Assembly (NCBI GenBank): GCA_964532425.1
Contig: CAZHIA010000009.1
Location: 1 to 62,451, forward strand
Length of the DNA stretch: 62,451 nucleotides
Reading direction: 5' to 3'
Origin: an uncultured Candidatus Saccharibacteria bacterium
GTDB taxonomy: Bacteria; Patescibacteriota; Doudnabacteria; UBA920
This document shows positions 61,173 to 62,451 of this stretch, piece after piece (the first letter of the stretch is position 1; each line of letters starts with the position of its first letter). A program made the position numbers and the translations under genes. The notes beneath the pieces were generated by a model. That model was not told where the DNA came from, did no database searches, and saw nothing but the letters and a program-made list of their open reading frames with translations.

Positions 61173-61316
61173 AAGGTTAGTTAAAAGTTTAAAGTGTAAA
61201 GTTGAAAATATAAATAGCGAATTAAAATATTTACCGAGAGAACGTTTGACATTTAACCATTCACCTTTGTCCGAGAGTTAAAAAGTCAAATGTTAAATGT
61301 TAAAGGTTAAATGTTG
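61173..61316. repeat. word-repeat inverted repeat, family tgacatttgac / aacttta
   Basis: aaggttagttaaaagtttaaagtgtaaagttgaaaat .. tttgacatttaaccattcaccttt .. agtcaaatgttaaatgttaaaggttaaatg. Begins at the nucleotide after the malic enzyme ATG. Confidence 0.6.
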
Positions 61317-61320
61317 GGTA

Positions 61321-61704
61321 CTATGCTTTGTGAAGCATTAGGATCCGCTTTTCAAATCCTCCGTTCTTGCCCCGCTTCTCTTCCTGGACTTTGTCGACAT
61401 CTTCACTGCTCCACCTTTTCAGTTTGAGTAGCGTATCGATAAGCTCGGTGACGTCAGCAATCTCTTCGATCATATTCCCCGCTTCCAGCGAGTGCGCGAG
61501 CTCTGTCGCTTCTTCAACTATTTTTTTCAAAATGAATTTTTCAAATTCCTGGTCGCTTTCTAATATCCGCGTCGGTACGTCAGTGCCGTTCTTCTGTTTT
61601 ATGATTACCGGAATGTTGTCACGAACAAGCTTCGGGTACTTTTGCTCGATTGGCAAATCAGTGGATGTGAAGTCCATATATTTTTTATAAATTGTGTTGT
61701 TCAA
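61321..61704 (-). CDS. MazG-like nucleoside triphosphate pyrophosphohydrolase
   Basis: YPKLVRDNIP and EEATELAHS..EEIADVTELI. The start may be 61677 rather than 61704. Confidence 0.75.
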   Translation of the reverse strand: MNNTIYKKYMDFTSTDLPIEQKYPKLVRDNIPVIIKQKNGTDVPTRILESDQEFEKFILKKIVEEATELAHSLEAGNMIEEIADVTELIDTLLKLKRWSSEDVDKVQEEKRGKNGGFEKRILMLHKA

Positions 61705-62302
61705 TTTTTAGCACATGGGTTTCATCTGCTGCGGAGTCAGGAGATAACGCGAGGAGCTCTGAGTTGCCGAAGTGGAACATAGTGAGGACTTCTTTCCAAC
61801 TCAAGTCATAGTACGCTGCGTAAATCATCTTGCCAATGTCACCATGTGTGACTAGCAGCACGCGCCCGTCCGGGTGCTGGCGCTGCAAAAAATCGAACAG
61901 GAGTTTTGCACGCTGAATGAGCGCAGGAAAAGTTTCGGCTCCGGACGGGGACAAAAAATAAGTCACGGTCTCTGTCTGCAAAATTTCCGGAGCGCACATT
62001 TTTGTAATGTCGCTTTGCAGCTGCCCAGTCATGATTCCGAAGTCCCTCTCGATCAACAAATCAATCGGCTCCGGCGCAGGTATCTCAAGTGTGTCAGTGA
62101 TTATTTTGGCAGTGGTGCGCGCGCGCTGAAGAGGAGAGCAGTACACACGATCGAAACTCAATCCAAGTTTTTTTATGCCGGCCGCAACCTCGCGTGCTTG
62201 TGCCATTCCGATTTCCGAAAGCGGCTGGTCGCGCCGTCCATTGAGAATACCATGAGCGTTATCGAGATCCTGACCGTGGCGAACTAGATAGATAGTGAGC
62301 AT
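61685..62302 (-). CDS. histidine phosphatase (phosphoglycerate mutase) family protein
   Basis: IYLVRHGQ catalytic RHG motif and LLVTHGD. Start at MLTIYL (62302). Confidence 0.85.
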   Translation of the reverse strand: MLTIYLVRHGQDLDNAHGILNGRRDQPLSEIGMAQAREVAAGIKKLGLSFDRVYCSPLQRARTTAKIITDTLEIPAPEPIDLLIERDFGIMTGQLQSDITKMCAPEILQTETVTYFLSPSGAETFPALIQRAKLLFDFLQRQHPDGRVLLVTHGDIGKMIYAAYYDLSWKEVLTMFHFGNSELLALSPDSAADETHVLKIEQHNL

Positions 62303-62451
62303 GGGGGGATATAATGAGACCGCCCGAAGCTTCTGGCGCAGGGCGGCTGGTCTGAAAGAGTTGAGTTCTGAAATTAGTACTATCAATTTATGATCACGGT
62401 CATACCATATACCATTTGCCAACCTGATGGTTCGCAAATAATACATGGCGG

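Overview
This window reads like part of a small, streamlined bacterial chromosome. My inference is a Patescibacteria/CPR-type organism, based on the gene set, the pilin families and the absence of Shine-Dalgarno (SD) sites on core genes. The left edge carries the 5' ~320 nt of a 16S rRNA gene on the minus strand. A long, almost unbroken run of minus-strand housekeeping genes follows: ABC exporter, clpP, nusA, yraN, ymdB-rny, rplS-rluD-trmD-KH-rpsP, smc, rnc, ftsH, galU, comM, lspA, recA, rodZ-like, ftsK, hsp20, aspA and malic enzyme. There are also tRNA-Val(GAC), tRNA-Leu(TAG) and two tandem type IV pilins.

The accessory-looking content is:
- Six tandem TrbC/VirB2-like 'T4SS pilin' paralogs with different head domains (37678-42102).
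- A GC-richer plus-strand three-gene operon of unknown function (33302-37390).
- A 1150-aa surface protein combining a collagen segment, Cys-pair propeller-like repeats and a tail-fibre chaperone domain (20871-24323).
- Several small orphan genes that carry SD sites and consensus promoters.

The most unusual signal is non-coding. Nearly every intergenic gap holds an inverted repeat whose arms are degenerate 7-10 nt tandem 'words'. A few word families recur across the window, and the arm usually starts 1-14 nt from a start codon.
- Two such inverted-repeat pairs enclose GxxExxY (PD-(D/E)XK-like) genes, both frame-disrupted.
- Related palindromic units lie in frame inside trmD (twice) and rluD (once).
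- Two promoter-plus-terminator units with no convincing ORF (about 998-1322 plus strand, about 47670-48227 minus strand) are candidate ncRNAs.

No CRISPR array, transposase, integrase or reverse transcriptase was seen. All coordinates come from hand indexing and may be off by 1-3 nt. Start codons were chosen by homology and context.
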